Assembly: GCA_050173015.1 (NCBI GenBank)
Contig: JBFXLE010000001.1
Coordinates: 1-64,000, forward strand
Direction: 5' to 3'
DNA from: Calditrichaceae bacterium
Lineage (GTDB): Bacteria; Calditrichota; Calditrichia; Calditrichales; JBFXGD01
Length of the DNA: 64,000 nt
In this document: positions 17,996 through 27,201 of the stretch, piece by piece
Numbering within the stretch: position 1 is the first letter of the stretch
Layout: every line of letters starts with the position of its first letter
Position numbers and translations under genes: made by a program
Notes under the pieces: model-generated
The model's database searches: none
What the model was told of the DNA's origin: nothing
What the model saw: only the letters and a program-made list of their open reading frames with translations

Positions 17996-18114
17996 GTGGT
18001 GGTTAAAGAGAGAAGTCACAACTCCCTAACACCCTTGTCAAGGGGGTACAAGGCATTTCCCGTCAAAAGGGGCTTTACAAAACAAACCATTCATTAAACA
18101 CGGAGGAAATTGTT

Positions 18115-18882
18115 ATGTCAAATGCAAGTGATTTTGAAGCAAAACAGGCGGAGATCGAAGTGATTCCGGATGAAAACATCAAATCACCAAACATGCCGAT
18201 AAGCGCCTTTTTACAGGAAGCGGAAAATCTGCATCATTGGTGTCAGGCCGATAAGGAAGCGCTGACCGGAGCCGGATTGGACTGGAAGCTGGTACAGGAT
18301 ATACCACTAAGGGCAGGCGCCTTGCGTGAGGCGGAATCGATTTGGTTTAGGGAACGATATGATCGTGAAGAGGCGGGACAAGAATGGGAAGAAAAAGCGC
18401 CCGAAATATATGATTTACGTGACCGGTTGCTGCATGCTTTGCGCTATGCTTTCCGCGATAATAATGAATTGCTAAAACGCGTTTCTGAAATTGATGAAGG
18501 ATACGGACATGCCGATATGATTCAGGATTTAAATGACATTGCCAGCCTGGGCAGAGAAAACAGCGATCTTTTAAACGGTATTAAATTTGATATGAGTTTG
18601 CTGGATCAGGCGGCGACTGCTGCCGACGAAATGGCCCGGCTTCTGGCCATCGTTACCGGTGACCGTCAGGAAAGAAACATTAACAAAATTACACGGGACA
18701 AAGCCTACACTTATTTAAAAGACGCGGTGGACGCGGTACGCGAGTGCGGGCAGTATGTATTCTGGAGGAACGAGCAACGCTTAAAAGGTTATATCAGTCA
18801 GTACCGCAAACGTTGGACCAAGGCAAAGGATACCGGAAAGAATGCCGTCACCGAAGAAGAAGCATCTGATAATTTAATGTAA
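18115..18882 (+). CDS. Hypothetical alpha-helical protein
   Basis: GGAGG RBS, 255-aa ORF, own terminator; no recognisable catalytic motif. Confidence 0.8.
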   Translation: MSNASDFEAKQAEIEVIPDENIKSPNMPISAFLQEAENLHHWCQADKEALTGAGLDWKLVQDIPLRAGALREAESIWFRERYDREEAGQEWEEKAPEIYDLRDRLLHALRYAFRDNNELLKRVSEIDEGYGHADMIQDLNDIASLGRENSDLLNGIKFDMSLLDQAATAADEMARLLAIVTGDRQERNINKITRDKAYTYLKDAVDAVRECGQYVFWRNEQRLKGYISQYRKRWTKAKDTGKNAVTEEEASDNLM

Positions 18883-18889
18883 ATAACAC

Positions 18890-18937
18890 GCTTCCGGCTA
18901 TTAATTGCAATAGTGATTGATAGCCGGGAGCTTTTTT
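18890..18937 (+). terminator. Intrinsic terminator
   Basis: GCTTCCGGCTA/TAGCCGGGAGC stem plus T-run. Confidence 0.75.
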
Positions 18938-19071
18938 ATTGAACGTAAACGACTTCCGGGTTTCCCGAAAGAAAATATATCGCCCCCCCGTAAAAAATAA
19001 ATTCTAAGAATAGAAAGTATCATTTTCCCAATTAGTTTTATCTGAATTCACAGATCTGAATGACCAGATTC

Positions 19072-19318
19072 ACTCCGGAGGGGAGCCTAAAAACCGCGGA
19101 GGGAAGGGTCACACCCCGGAGGGAAGGGTCACACTCCGGAGGGAAGGAGCAAACTTCGGAGGGAAGGGGCACAACTCCGGAGGGAAAGGGTACAATACCG
19201 GAGGGACTGGGTACAACCCTGGAGGGAAGGGGTACACCCCCGGAGGGACGGGTAAAACTTCGGAGGGGAGGGGTACAACCCCGGAGGGGAGTCCAAAAAT
19301 ACCGGAGGGAAGGGTCAA
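19072..19318 (+). repeat. G-rich 20-21 bp minisatellite, about 12 units with core CGGAGGGA
   Basis: Core at about 19076, 19097, 19117, 19137, 19157, 19178, 19199, 19220, 19241, 19261, 19282, 19303. Confidence 0.9.
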
Positions 19319-19769
19319 AATTGATAAAAAAGAGAAATATTCAGGTTAAAAAATGTAAAATATGATGTAATGATCTTTGAAATAATAGGTCAAGCCCGAC
19401 GCCGAGGGATTTCAGGGTGGCCGGTTTTCTACAATGATCATTTCTTCGGGATTGGGGAATGGATTGACGCGTTTTTGTCCTGTCCGTATATCATTAGCCT
19501 CTTGAAATTTTCATGTCGATTGTTTAAAATGATAACGTTTCTTATATAGGACTTTATTTTTTTTCAATTTTTGCAGTCAAAGACAATCGATGATGGCTCA
19601 GATAGATGTTAGCTCATTGTTTGGATACAATATTGCGTTGGATTTCAGGTATAAAGTAATAATAGTTAGTGGTGAGTCTTAAAAGGCGCTTATTCTATTG
19701 AACGAAGGAGTGACTGTTTCCAATGGTTAATTTATACAATATTAGAATAAAATGATAATTTACAGAGAA

Positions 19770-19793
19770 GTCTAATCAATATGTTATATACCC
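19770..19793 (+). other. Start of the first integron cassette (GTTATAT core site), possibly an attI-like site
   Basis: GTTATATACCC at 19783 is complementary (1 mismatch) to GGGTACATAAC at the cassette end. Confidence 0.55.
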
Positions 19794-19815
19794 TCAAGTA
19801 GTATGAGGAGTTACC

Positions 19816-20967
19816 ATGTTTGCTAGTAATTCAAGACATGTTTTTATTGATGAATCAGGGGATCCTTATTTAGATGTTGAGAAGCCAGGTGTATCCTCTT
19901 TTTTCGTTTTATCAGCGGTTATTGTACCATCAGAAGATTTGGATCCTCTTATTAAGAGAGCCAGAGAAATTATCAATGTTCATTTTAACCAAGGAGAAAT
20001 GAAATCAAGTTCTGTTGGCAAAAATCATACGAGAAGAAAAAATATACTAAGCTCTATGGCCACCGTACCATTTAAGCATTATTCTCAGGTGATAGACAAA
20101 TCTGAAATTTTAACCGACAGTGGACTAAGTTACAAAAAATCATTTGTTAAATTCATAAACAGAACTATGTATCAGCGGTTGTTTAAAACATTTCCTTATT
20201 TACATGTCATTGCTGACGAACACGGTACTTCAGATTTTATGAATGAATTTGGAAGATACATTCAACGGAGAATACCGAATACTTTGTTTGAAACTTCTTC
20301 CTTTCAATTTGGTAATAGTAAAGAACACCCGTTAATACAATTTAGCGATATGGTTGCTGGTTCGATTGCTAGAGTTTATTCGGGAAAGGACTCAATTGAA
20401 ATTCTTGAGCCACTTAGAAATAATACTATTATAATTGATGAATGGCCACCTAAATTCCCTGTATTAATTTCTGATGATCAAAATGAAATAGAATTTAAAT
20501 ACAGTCATATGGTGAGAGAACAAGCAGTTTCACTTGCAAAGAATTTCATAGATCAGCATTCCAATGAGGATGAATTTGAACTACAGGCACAGGTTGCAGC
20601 AGTTAGATATCTGCTTTATCATTTTCGCTCTGTTGATCCACAAGAGTATATCCCAACCCCGCTCCTTCATTTACATCTTTCACAGCTCGGCTATGATATG
20701 TCTATAAGAAAATTGCGCTCCCAAATTATTGGCAAGTTACGAGATCAAAGTGTCTTCATTGTAAGCAGTTCAAAGGGAATTAAAATCCCTTATAATGTGA
20801 GCGAGCTTAAGAAATTTGCAAAACAAGTAGATGATCGAGTAAAGCCATATTTACACCGGTTAGAAATTATTCGGAATCATTATCTTTTGAGATCAGAAGG
20901 TGAATTAGACATAGTTGATAATAACGAACTGCCAAATCTAGCACAAATACTGAACTCGGGTACATAA
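19816..20967 (+). CDS. DUF3800 family (RNase H-like) protein with C-terminal wHTH-like extension; gene cassette
   Basis: FIDESGD, ADEHG, LIQFSDMVAG motifs; stop codon lies inside the attC R'' box. Confidence 0.8.
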   Translation: MFASNSRHVFIDESGDPYLDVEKPGVSSFFVLSAVIVPSEDLDPLIKRAREIINVHFNQGEMKSSSVGKNHTRRKNILSSMATVPFKHYSQVIDKSEILTDSGLSYKKSFVKFINRTMYQRLFKTFPYLHVIADEHGTSDFMNEFGRYIQRRIPNTLFETSSFQFGNSKEHPLIQFSDMVAGSIARVYSGKDSIEILEPLRNNTIIIDEWPPKFPVLISDDQNEIEFKYSHMVREQAVSLAKNFIDQHSNEDEFELQAQVAAVRYLLYHFRSVDPQEYIPTPLLHLHLSQLGYDMSIRKLRSQIIGKLRDQSVFIVSSSKGIKIPYNVSELKKFAKQVDDRVKPYLHRLEIIRNHYLLRSEGELDIVDNNELPNLAQILNSGT

Positions 20968-21092
20968 CAAATCATTGCACCCGACTCCCAAACACGTCCG
21001 CGTTCGGCGTCGGAGTTCGTGTCATTGTCAAAGATATTAAGGTAATGTAAATTATAGTAGTTGTTTGGGGCGGGTGAACTCTCCCGTTATGT
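20962..21092 (+). mobile_element. Integron attC site 1 (131 bp)
   Basis: R'' ACATAAC is exactly complementary to R' GTTATGT; inner TGCACCCG/CGGGTGAA pairing. Confidence 0.85.
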
Positions 21093-21123
21093 TTCTTACA
21101 AAAAGTACTAAATAGAGATAATC

Positions 21124-23082
21124 ATGAGCAGAAAATACCGGATTAGTCTTTTAGTAATATCTTTAATTATGATTACTTGCATCGGTTGGTATTTCACCAA
21201 AGGATTTGATTTTCTTTTAAATGATTATTGGTTTGTATCAGGTATACTCTTGGTAATACTACTTTCTTTAATCGATCAACCTTTCTTTTCCACCGAAGCA
21301 AATGTTTTTGTAAATTCTGTTACTGCTTTTTTATCACTAGTATTGGTTCAAAAAGCTGACCGTTCAGCAACTTGGCTAACCTTTCTGATTATTACGATTT
21401 TCCTTATTTCTATTAGCTATGGTTTAATGTGGCTAAGAAAAAACCCATTATTTAAAGAGCCCAAAGTTATAAAAATATTTGCCTTTATGGTTTCAAGGAT
21501 TGGTCGTCCTGAAGTGCTGTTTTCAATTCTTTTTATATGGGGGATTATTAGAAAGTTTGGTATAAATTCTGTTGAAACTAATGCATTTTTATTGTTTTGG
21601 GGGATATTCATAATTTTAAATATTCCAGCATTCGCTAAAAAATTTTCCGAGAATAAACTTTTTTATGATCTTCTTAAAGATGACGAAGGAGTTGTCACTG
21701 GAATGATAAATCCATCTATCGTGACTGTTCAGTTAAAAAATGATTTAAGATTTAATATTGGTGATATTTATGATTTGTTTGTAAAAAGTGATTTAATTGC
21801 TTCAGGAATTTTAATTGATGATAGATTGATTAAGGATAAGAGAATTGGGAAGATATCCTTATTTGAAAAGAATAATTCATTTTATAAAATTTCATCTGAA
21901 AGTAATACACCAGTTGTTATTAACAAATCTGCTTCTACTCTGCAAGAATTAAATGAAGGTGTTCCAATTAGCATTGTTGATAAAAATACCAAATTAGGAA
22001 ATCTATCTTTTTATATAAATCCAGATAGAAACATGTCTGAAGGTGAAATTGTTTGGGTGAATATTGAAGATTCCTTCAAAGGTTTCTATCAAGTAATTTC
22101 AGCAACACTTACGAAAGATTCCGAAGACCAATCGAATATGCTTTTTTCCATTCATGTAATTGCAGGACAATTAGGAAAATGGAACTCTGATGAATGCAGG
22201 TTCGAGCCAATTAATTGGGTACCACAGGCAGGTACTGTTATTTATAAAGCAACGGATAGCACGATATCTGAACCAAATATACCCGAAGGGCACTTGCTTG
22301 TTGGTAATGTTCCTAACTCTAAATTCCCTGTACACGTTAACATCCAGGATACTGTCACACACAATACTGCTATCATTGGTGTTACAGGTAGCGGTAAATC
22401 ATATTTGGCTTTTCATATTATTGAAGAATTAGCTAAGAATAATATCAAGATATTGATTCTTGATTTGAGCAGACAACATTGGATTTATCTTGATAAACAT
22501 AACACTGTAACACCTATCCAGACATTTGAGAAAATAGATAAATGGTATAACAGCACAGATTCCTTCATTGGAATTTATCAATTTGCAGATGAAGAACACA
22601 GTTATCCTAAAGCTACGGCAGATTTTGTCAAAAAAATTTATGAGCTTGCTTCAACTGTCAAATTAAAAGCAGGAGAAAATGAACCAGCAAAAGTATGTGT
22701 AGTATTTGAAGAAGCACATTCCTTAATTCCTGAATGGAACCAAGTCTCACAAAAAAATGATTCTGATCACGTTAATAAAACAGCACGGTTTTTATTACAA
22801 GGCAGAAAATATGGTATGGGGTGCTTGATAATTACGCAAAGAACAGCAAATGTCACAAAAACAATACTTAACCAGTGTAATAGTATTTTTGCTCTGCAAT
22901 CATTTGATCAAACAGGTTTAGATTTTATCTCGAATTATATGGGGAGTGAATATTCTGATACAATTACAACACTTCCGAAGCAACATTCGATTTTGGTTGG
23001 AAAATCGTCTTCTTCTGCGCATCCAATATTATTTAGACTTTTGGACTTGAGCGAAAGATATAAATCTGATGACGAAACATAA
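21124..23082 (+). CDS. HerA/DUF87 family ATPase with N-terminal multi-pass membrane domain; gene cassette
   Basis: About six hydrophobic segments, then Walker A GVTGSGKS, Walker B VVFEEAH, GRKYG and ITQR motifs. Confidence 0.85.
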   Translation: MSRKYRISLLVISLIMITCIGWYFTKGFDFLLNDYWFVSGILLVILLSLIDQPFFSTEANVFVNSVTAFLSLVLVQKADRSATWLTFLIITIFLISISYGLMWLRKNPLFKEPKVIKIFAFMVSRIGRPEVLFSILFIWGIIRKFGINSVETNAFLLFWGIFIILNIPAFAKKFSENKLFYDLLKDDEGVVTGMINPSIVTVQLKNDLRFNIGDIYDLFVKSDLIASGILIDDRLIKDKRIGKISLFEKNNSFYKISSESNTPVVINKSASTLQELNEGVPISIVDKNTKLGNLSFYINPDRNMSEGEIVWVNIEDSFKGFYQVISATLTKDSEDQSNMLFSIHVIAGQLGKWNSDECRFEPINWVPQAGTVIYKATDSTISEPNIPEGHLLVGNVPNSKFPVHVNIQDTVTHNTAIIGVTGSGKSYLAFHIIEELAKNNIKILILDLSRQHWIYLDKHNTVTPIQTFEKIDKWYNSTDSFIGIYQFADEEHSYPKATADFVKKIYELASTVKLKAGENEPAKVCVVFEEAHSLIPEWNQVSQKNDSDHVNKTARFLLQGRKYGMGCLIITQRTANVTKTILNQCNSIFALQSFDQTGLDFISNYMGSEYSDTITTLPKQHSILVGKSSSSAHPILFRLLDLSERYKSDDET

Positions 23083-23167
23083 AATCAGCATTAAACCGAC
23101 GCTAAACGCGTCGGTGTTTCATTAACTTATTAGAACTAAAATGGGCAGCTTATGCTCAGTGTTATAC
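23077..23167 (+). mobile_element. Integron attC site 2 (91 bp)
   Basis: R'' ACATAAA (AAC changed to AAA); L'' AGCATTAA pairs with L' TTATGCT leaving one extra base; R' GTTATAC; GAAACATAA complements the cassette start TTATGTTTC. Confidence 0.75.
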
Positions 23168-23174
23168 CTATAAA

Positions 23175-23777
23175 ATGAAAGATGTGAATATGAAAAGTGA
23201 TTTAATCGGTCATCAAACAATTATAAAAATTGATGATAAAGAAATTTTAACTTTAGACGATATATTGCCTGAATCTAAAAACTTGAAAATTCTATTTATA
23301 GCTAAAACTCCTGCTCCTGTGAGCGTTGAAGCTGGACATTATTTTCAAGGTAAACAAGGTACCATGTTTTGGAATAAGTTAGCTAAATATAAAATTTTAA
23401 CGGTTCCTGCTGGTGATTTTGAAGATGATCATTTATTAGAAAATTTATATGGTATTACAGATATTGTCAAAGTTCCGAGAAGTTATGGAAATGAGCCATC
23501 AAATGAAGAATACAAAGAAGGATTGATTAGAATCCTTGAAATGATAAAATATTATAACCCCAAAGTCATTTTTTTTGTATATAAAAAAGTTCTGGACCAA
23601 ATTTTAAAATTAAGTTTCAACATGCAAATTAAATCTAAATATGGATTTAATCATGATTTTGAAAAGATATTTGGGACAAAAGTATTTGTATTTCCAATGC
23701 CGGGTACTCCGTGCACTACGGTGCAAGCAAATTATTCAATGTCAGAATTAAAGAAATATTTAAAAATATCTGACTAA
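23175..23777 (+). CDS. Uracil-DNA glycosylase superfamily (Mug/TDG-like) protein; gene cassette
   Basis: LDDILP...LKILFI..P...S...GHYF....FW..L and GITDIVK resemble the Mug family. Confidence 0.72.
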   Translation: MKDVNMKSDLIGHQTIIKIDDKEILTLDDILPESKNLKILFIAKTPAPVSVEAGHYFQGKQGTMFWNKLAKYKILTVPAGDFEDDHLLENLYGITDIVKVPRSYGNEPSNEEYKEGLIRILEMIKYYNPKVIFFVYKKVLDQILKLSFNMQIKSKYGFNHDFEKIFGTKVFVFPMPGTPCTTVQANYSMSELKKYLKISD

Positions 23778-23847
23778 CAATGCAATTTACTCGGCCTTCA
23801 TGCCGGGCGGAGAATTAGGTTCTGGAGTAATTTAACAAGAGTTCGGT
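23772..23847 (+). mobile_element. Degenerate or truncated attC site 3
   Basis: GACTAAC R'' overlaps the stop codon and is followed by attC-like AATGCAATTTACTCGG; the right half is poor. Confidence 0.45.
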
Positions 23848-23992
23848 ATATTATCACAGCCCTTAAACGCCTTAGCCCTGACATAAACCAAATATTCAGC
23901 AATTGAAATTTTTCATATAATAATTACCCAATTATAAATATTGTTTCTTAAATTACATTTCGAATTGTTATCATAGTTTTAAGGAATCATAA

Positions 23993-25681
23993 ATGCAACA
24001 AACCGAGCAGCAATTTCTTAACGCGCTGGAGTCTAAACTGTGGGCGGCGGCAAATAAACTCCTGCCAATGCTGGATGCCGCGAATTATAAACACGTCGTG
24101 TTGGGATTGATTTTTATCAAATACGTTTCCGACGCTTTTAAAATCCGCCGGGATGAATTAATCAAACAGTTTAAAAATACTGATCATGATTATTACCTCG
24201 AGCCGGATGACTATAGCCCGGAAGAGTATGAAAAAGAAATCCTGGCCGAGTTGGAAATACGCGACTACTACACCGAGAAAAATGTGTTCTGGGTGCCGGC
24301 CCTGTCGCGCTGGGAAACATTGCAAAAATACTGCAAGGTAACGCCGGGAACGGAAATCGAAATTACGAACGGTGAAAAGACCATCTACAAATTCAGCAGT
24401 GTGGGCCGGTTGATTGACGACGCGCTGGACGCCATCGAAAAAGACAATCCCAAATTAAAAGGCATTCTCAATAAAAACTATGCCCGACTGCAAATTGATC
24501 AATCCCGTTTGGGGGAGCTGATCGACCTGATCGCCACCATTCCATTTCATCATGAAACGCTTGGCGCCAAGGATATTCTCGGGCATGTGTATGAATACTT
24601 TCTGGGGCAGTTTGCTTTGGCGGAAGGCAAAAAAGGCGGACAGTTTTACACCCCAAAATCCATCGTCAGTCTGATTGTGGAAATGCTGCAGCCCTTTAAG
24701 GGGCGGGTGTATGATCCCGCGATGGGATCGGGCGGGTTCTTTGTGCAGAGTGAAAAATTCATCAAAGACCACAAGGGCGCGCTGGGCAATGTGTCTATTT
24801 ACGGGCAGGAATATAACCATACCACCTGGCAACTGGCGGCGATGAATATGGTGATCCGCGGCATGGATTTTAACTTCGGCAAGGAACCGGCGGATACCTT
24901 TACCAATGACCGGCATCCCGATTTAAAAGCCGATTTTGTGATGGCCAATCCACCCTTTAATATGAAGGATTGGTGGAACGCCAGACTGGAAGGCGATCCG
25001 CGCTGGCAATATGGCACCCCGCCGCCGGGCAACGCCAACTTTGCCTGGATGCAGCATATGATTTACCATCTGAATCCCAACGGCAGCATGGCCTTATTGC
25101 TGGCCAACGGCTCCATGAGTTCCAACACATCCGGTGAAGGCGACATACGACGCAATCTTGTTGAAGCCGATTTGGTGGAATGTATGGTGGCCCTGCCCGG
25201 ACAGTTATTTACCAATACCCAAATACCCGCCTGTATCTGGTTTTTAACCCGCAATAAAAATGAAGGCGCGATCAAGCGTGAGCGGCGCAGCGAGGTGCTG
25301 TTTATAGACGCCCGCAAACTCGGTTATATGAAAGACCGCGTACTGCGTGATTTTGATCCAATGGATATTAAACGTGTGGCCGAAAAATTTCATGATTGGC
25401 AATCCGCTGTACGATCGAAACCAAACGAAACAGAAGATAAGGGCCAATACGAAGACGAGCCCGGTTTTTGCAAATCGGTTAAATTGGAAGAGATACGCAA
25501 AAATGATTATGTGCTGACACCGGGACGCTATGTGGACACCGAAGATGAAGAAGATGATGGAGAACCGTTTGCGGAGAAGATGACGAAACTTTCGTCTAAA
25601 CTTTACGGACAGTTTAATGAATCTGATCAACTCATAGCCACAATTAAGCAGAATTTACAGGGTTTGGGTTATGATGAATAA
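23993..25681 (+). CDS. hsdM: Type I restriction-modification methyltransferase subunit
   Basis: GQFYTP, YDPAMGSGGF, NPPF (N6-adenine) motifs. Confidence 0.96.
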   Translation: MQQTEQQFLNALESKLWAAANKLLPMLDAANYKHVVLGLIFIKYVSDAFKIRRDELIKQFKNTDHDYYLEPDDYSPEEYEKEILAELEIRDYYTEKNVFWVPALSRWETLQKYCKVTPGTEIEITNGEKTIYKFSSVGRLIDDALDAIEKDNPKLKGILNKNYARLQIDQSRLGELIDLIATIPFHHETLGAKDILGHVYEYFLGQFALAEGKKGGQFYTPKSIVSLIVEMLQPFKGRVYDPAMGSGGFFVQSEKFIKDHKGALGNVSIYGQEYNHTTWQLAAMNMVIRGMDFNFGKEPADTFTNDRHPDLKADFVMANPPFNMKDWWNARLEGDPRWQYGTPPPGNANFAWMQHMIYHLNPNGSMALLLANGSMSSNTSGEGDIRRNLVEADLVECMVALPGQLFTNTQIPACIWFLTRNKNEGAIKRERRSEVLFIDARKLGYMKDRVLRDFDPMDIKRVAEKFHDWQSAVRSKPNETEDKGQYEDEPGFCKSVKLEEIRKNDYVLTPGRYVDTEDEEDDGEPFAEKMTKLSSKLYGQFNESDQLIATIKQNLQGLGYDE

Positions 25682-25698
25682 TATAAAATCAGTGAAAA

Positions 25699-27117
25699 AT
25701 GGTTTTTAAAATGAATATAGAGACAAAAAAACTGAATGACATTGCAGAAGTTATAATTAGTAATGTTGACAAGAAAAGTAAACCAGATGAGACGCCAATA
25801 ATACTATGTAATTATACAGATGTTTATTATAACCAATTTATCCGTTCTAACATGTTGTTTATGTCTGCAACTGCAAATGACCGTGAAATTGAAAAATGTG
25901 CGCTGTTTAATGGGGATGTAGTAATAACTAAGGATTCAGAAAAACATGATGATATAGGTGTTCCTGCCTACATATATGAAGATATAGAAAATCTTGTTTG
26001 TGGCTATCACTTGGTGATATTGCGTCCTAAGCCTGAAAAAATTTATGGGTTGTATTTGTATTATGTTCTCAATATTAACGAATCTAAATTCCAATTTCAT
26101 GCGAAAGCGAATGGAATTACAAGATTTGGCTTACGAAAAGCCGATATTGAATCTGTTGAAATACCCGTTCCCCCTTTTAACGAACAACAAAAAATAGCAA
26201 ATATACTTAGAGCACTAGATGACAAAATCTATCTCAACCGCCAAATCAACCAAACCCTGGAAGAAATAGCCCGGGCCATCTTCAAATCCTGGTTTGTGGA
26301 TTTCGATCCGGTAAGGGCAAAGATGGCCGCCAAAGAAAACGGGCAGGACCCCGAACGCGCCGCCATGATGGCCATATCCGGTAAAACCGAAGAAGCCTTT
26401 GAGCGCCTTTCCGCCGAACAGAAAACCAGCCTGGCCGCAACCGCCGCCCTTTTCCCCGATGCCATGCAGGACTCGGAACTGGGGGAGATACCGAGGGGGT
26501 GGGAGGTAAGTCAAATTGGAAAGGAAGTTGATATTTTTGGTGGTGGGACACCAAGCACAAAAAATAAAGAATTCTGGGAAGGTGGTATCTATGATTGGAC
26601 AACACCAAAAGATCTTTCCGGACGCACTGATAAAATAATTTTTAATACGTCAAGAAAAATTACAGAAGAAGGTTTAAAGCAAATTAGTAGTGGGTTATTA
26701 CCAAAGAACACTGTTCTTATGTCATCACGCGCCCCTGTTGGTTATTTGGCAATTGCCAAAATACCTATTGCTATTAATCAGGGATATATTGCCATGGTTT
26801 GTAAAAAGAGATTGACACATGACTATATACTTCAGTGGACAAACTCAAACATGGATGAGATAAAACTACGAGCAGGGGGGACAACCTTTGCTGAAATTAG
26901 TAAAAAAAATTTCAGAGGTATACCCATAATTGTCCCCAAATTGCAGGTTGTTAATACATATAGTAGGATTGTTAGTAATTTTTATGACCTAATTTTCGAG
27001 AATCTTAAGACTGTTGAACAATTGTCATTGATAAGAGATACCCTATTACCAAAATTATTATCCGGTGAATTGCGTATTCCCGATGCCGAACAAATTGCCC
27101 GCGAGGCCGGGGTATGA
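25699..27117 (+). CDS. hsdS: Type I RM specificity subunit
   Basis: Two TRDs with PP..EQ.KIA..L..LDDKI, LE..A.AIFKSWFVDF and RDTLLPKLLSGE conserved blocks. Confidence 0.94.
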   Translation: MVFKMNIETKKLNDIAEVIISNVDKKSKPDETPIILCNYTDVYYNQFIRSNMLFMSATANDREIEKCALFNGDVVITKDSEKHDDIGVPAYIYEDIENLVCGYHLVILRPKPEKIYGLYLYYVLNINESKFQFHAKANGITRFGLRKADIESVEIPVPPFNEQQKIANILRALDDKIYLNRQINQTLEEIARAIFKSWFVDFDPVRAKMAAKENGQDPERAAMMAISGKTEEAFERLSAEQKTSLAATAALFPDAMQDSELGEIPRGWEVSQIGKEVDIFGGGTPSTKNKEFWEGGIYDWTTPKDLSGRTDKIIFNTSRKITEEGLKQISSGLLPKNTVLMSSRAPVGYLAIAKIPIAINQGYIAMVCKKRLTHDYILQWTNSNMDEIKLRAGGTTFAEISKKNFRGIPIIVPKLQVVNTYSRIVSNFYDLIFENLKTVEQLSLIRDTLLPKLLSGELRIPDAEQIAREAGV

Positions 27118-27201
27118 ACGGACGACGCGACCGGTGGTAATAAATAATGGGGGTAATGGGTGGGATTGGGAAATGGGAAACGGTTTTTTGGGAAAACGAA
27201 C

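Noticed and set aside
19072-19318. Mini-CRISPR, or real proteins from ORFs 19060-19365 and 19109-19318
   Set aside because: Linkers are only 12-13 nt and mutually similar; mixed 20/21-bp periods shift the peptide register, so the ORFs look like repeat by-products.
17580-19800. Integron integrase upstream of the cassettes
   Set aside because: No ORF with tyrosine recombinase R-H-R-Y motifs on either strand; the 18115 protein lacks them.
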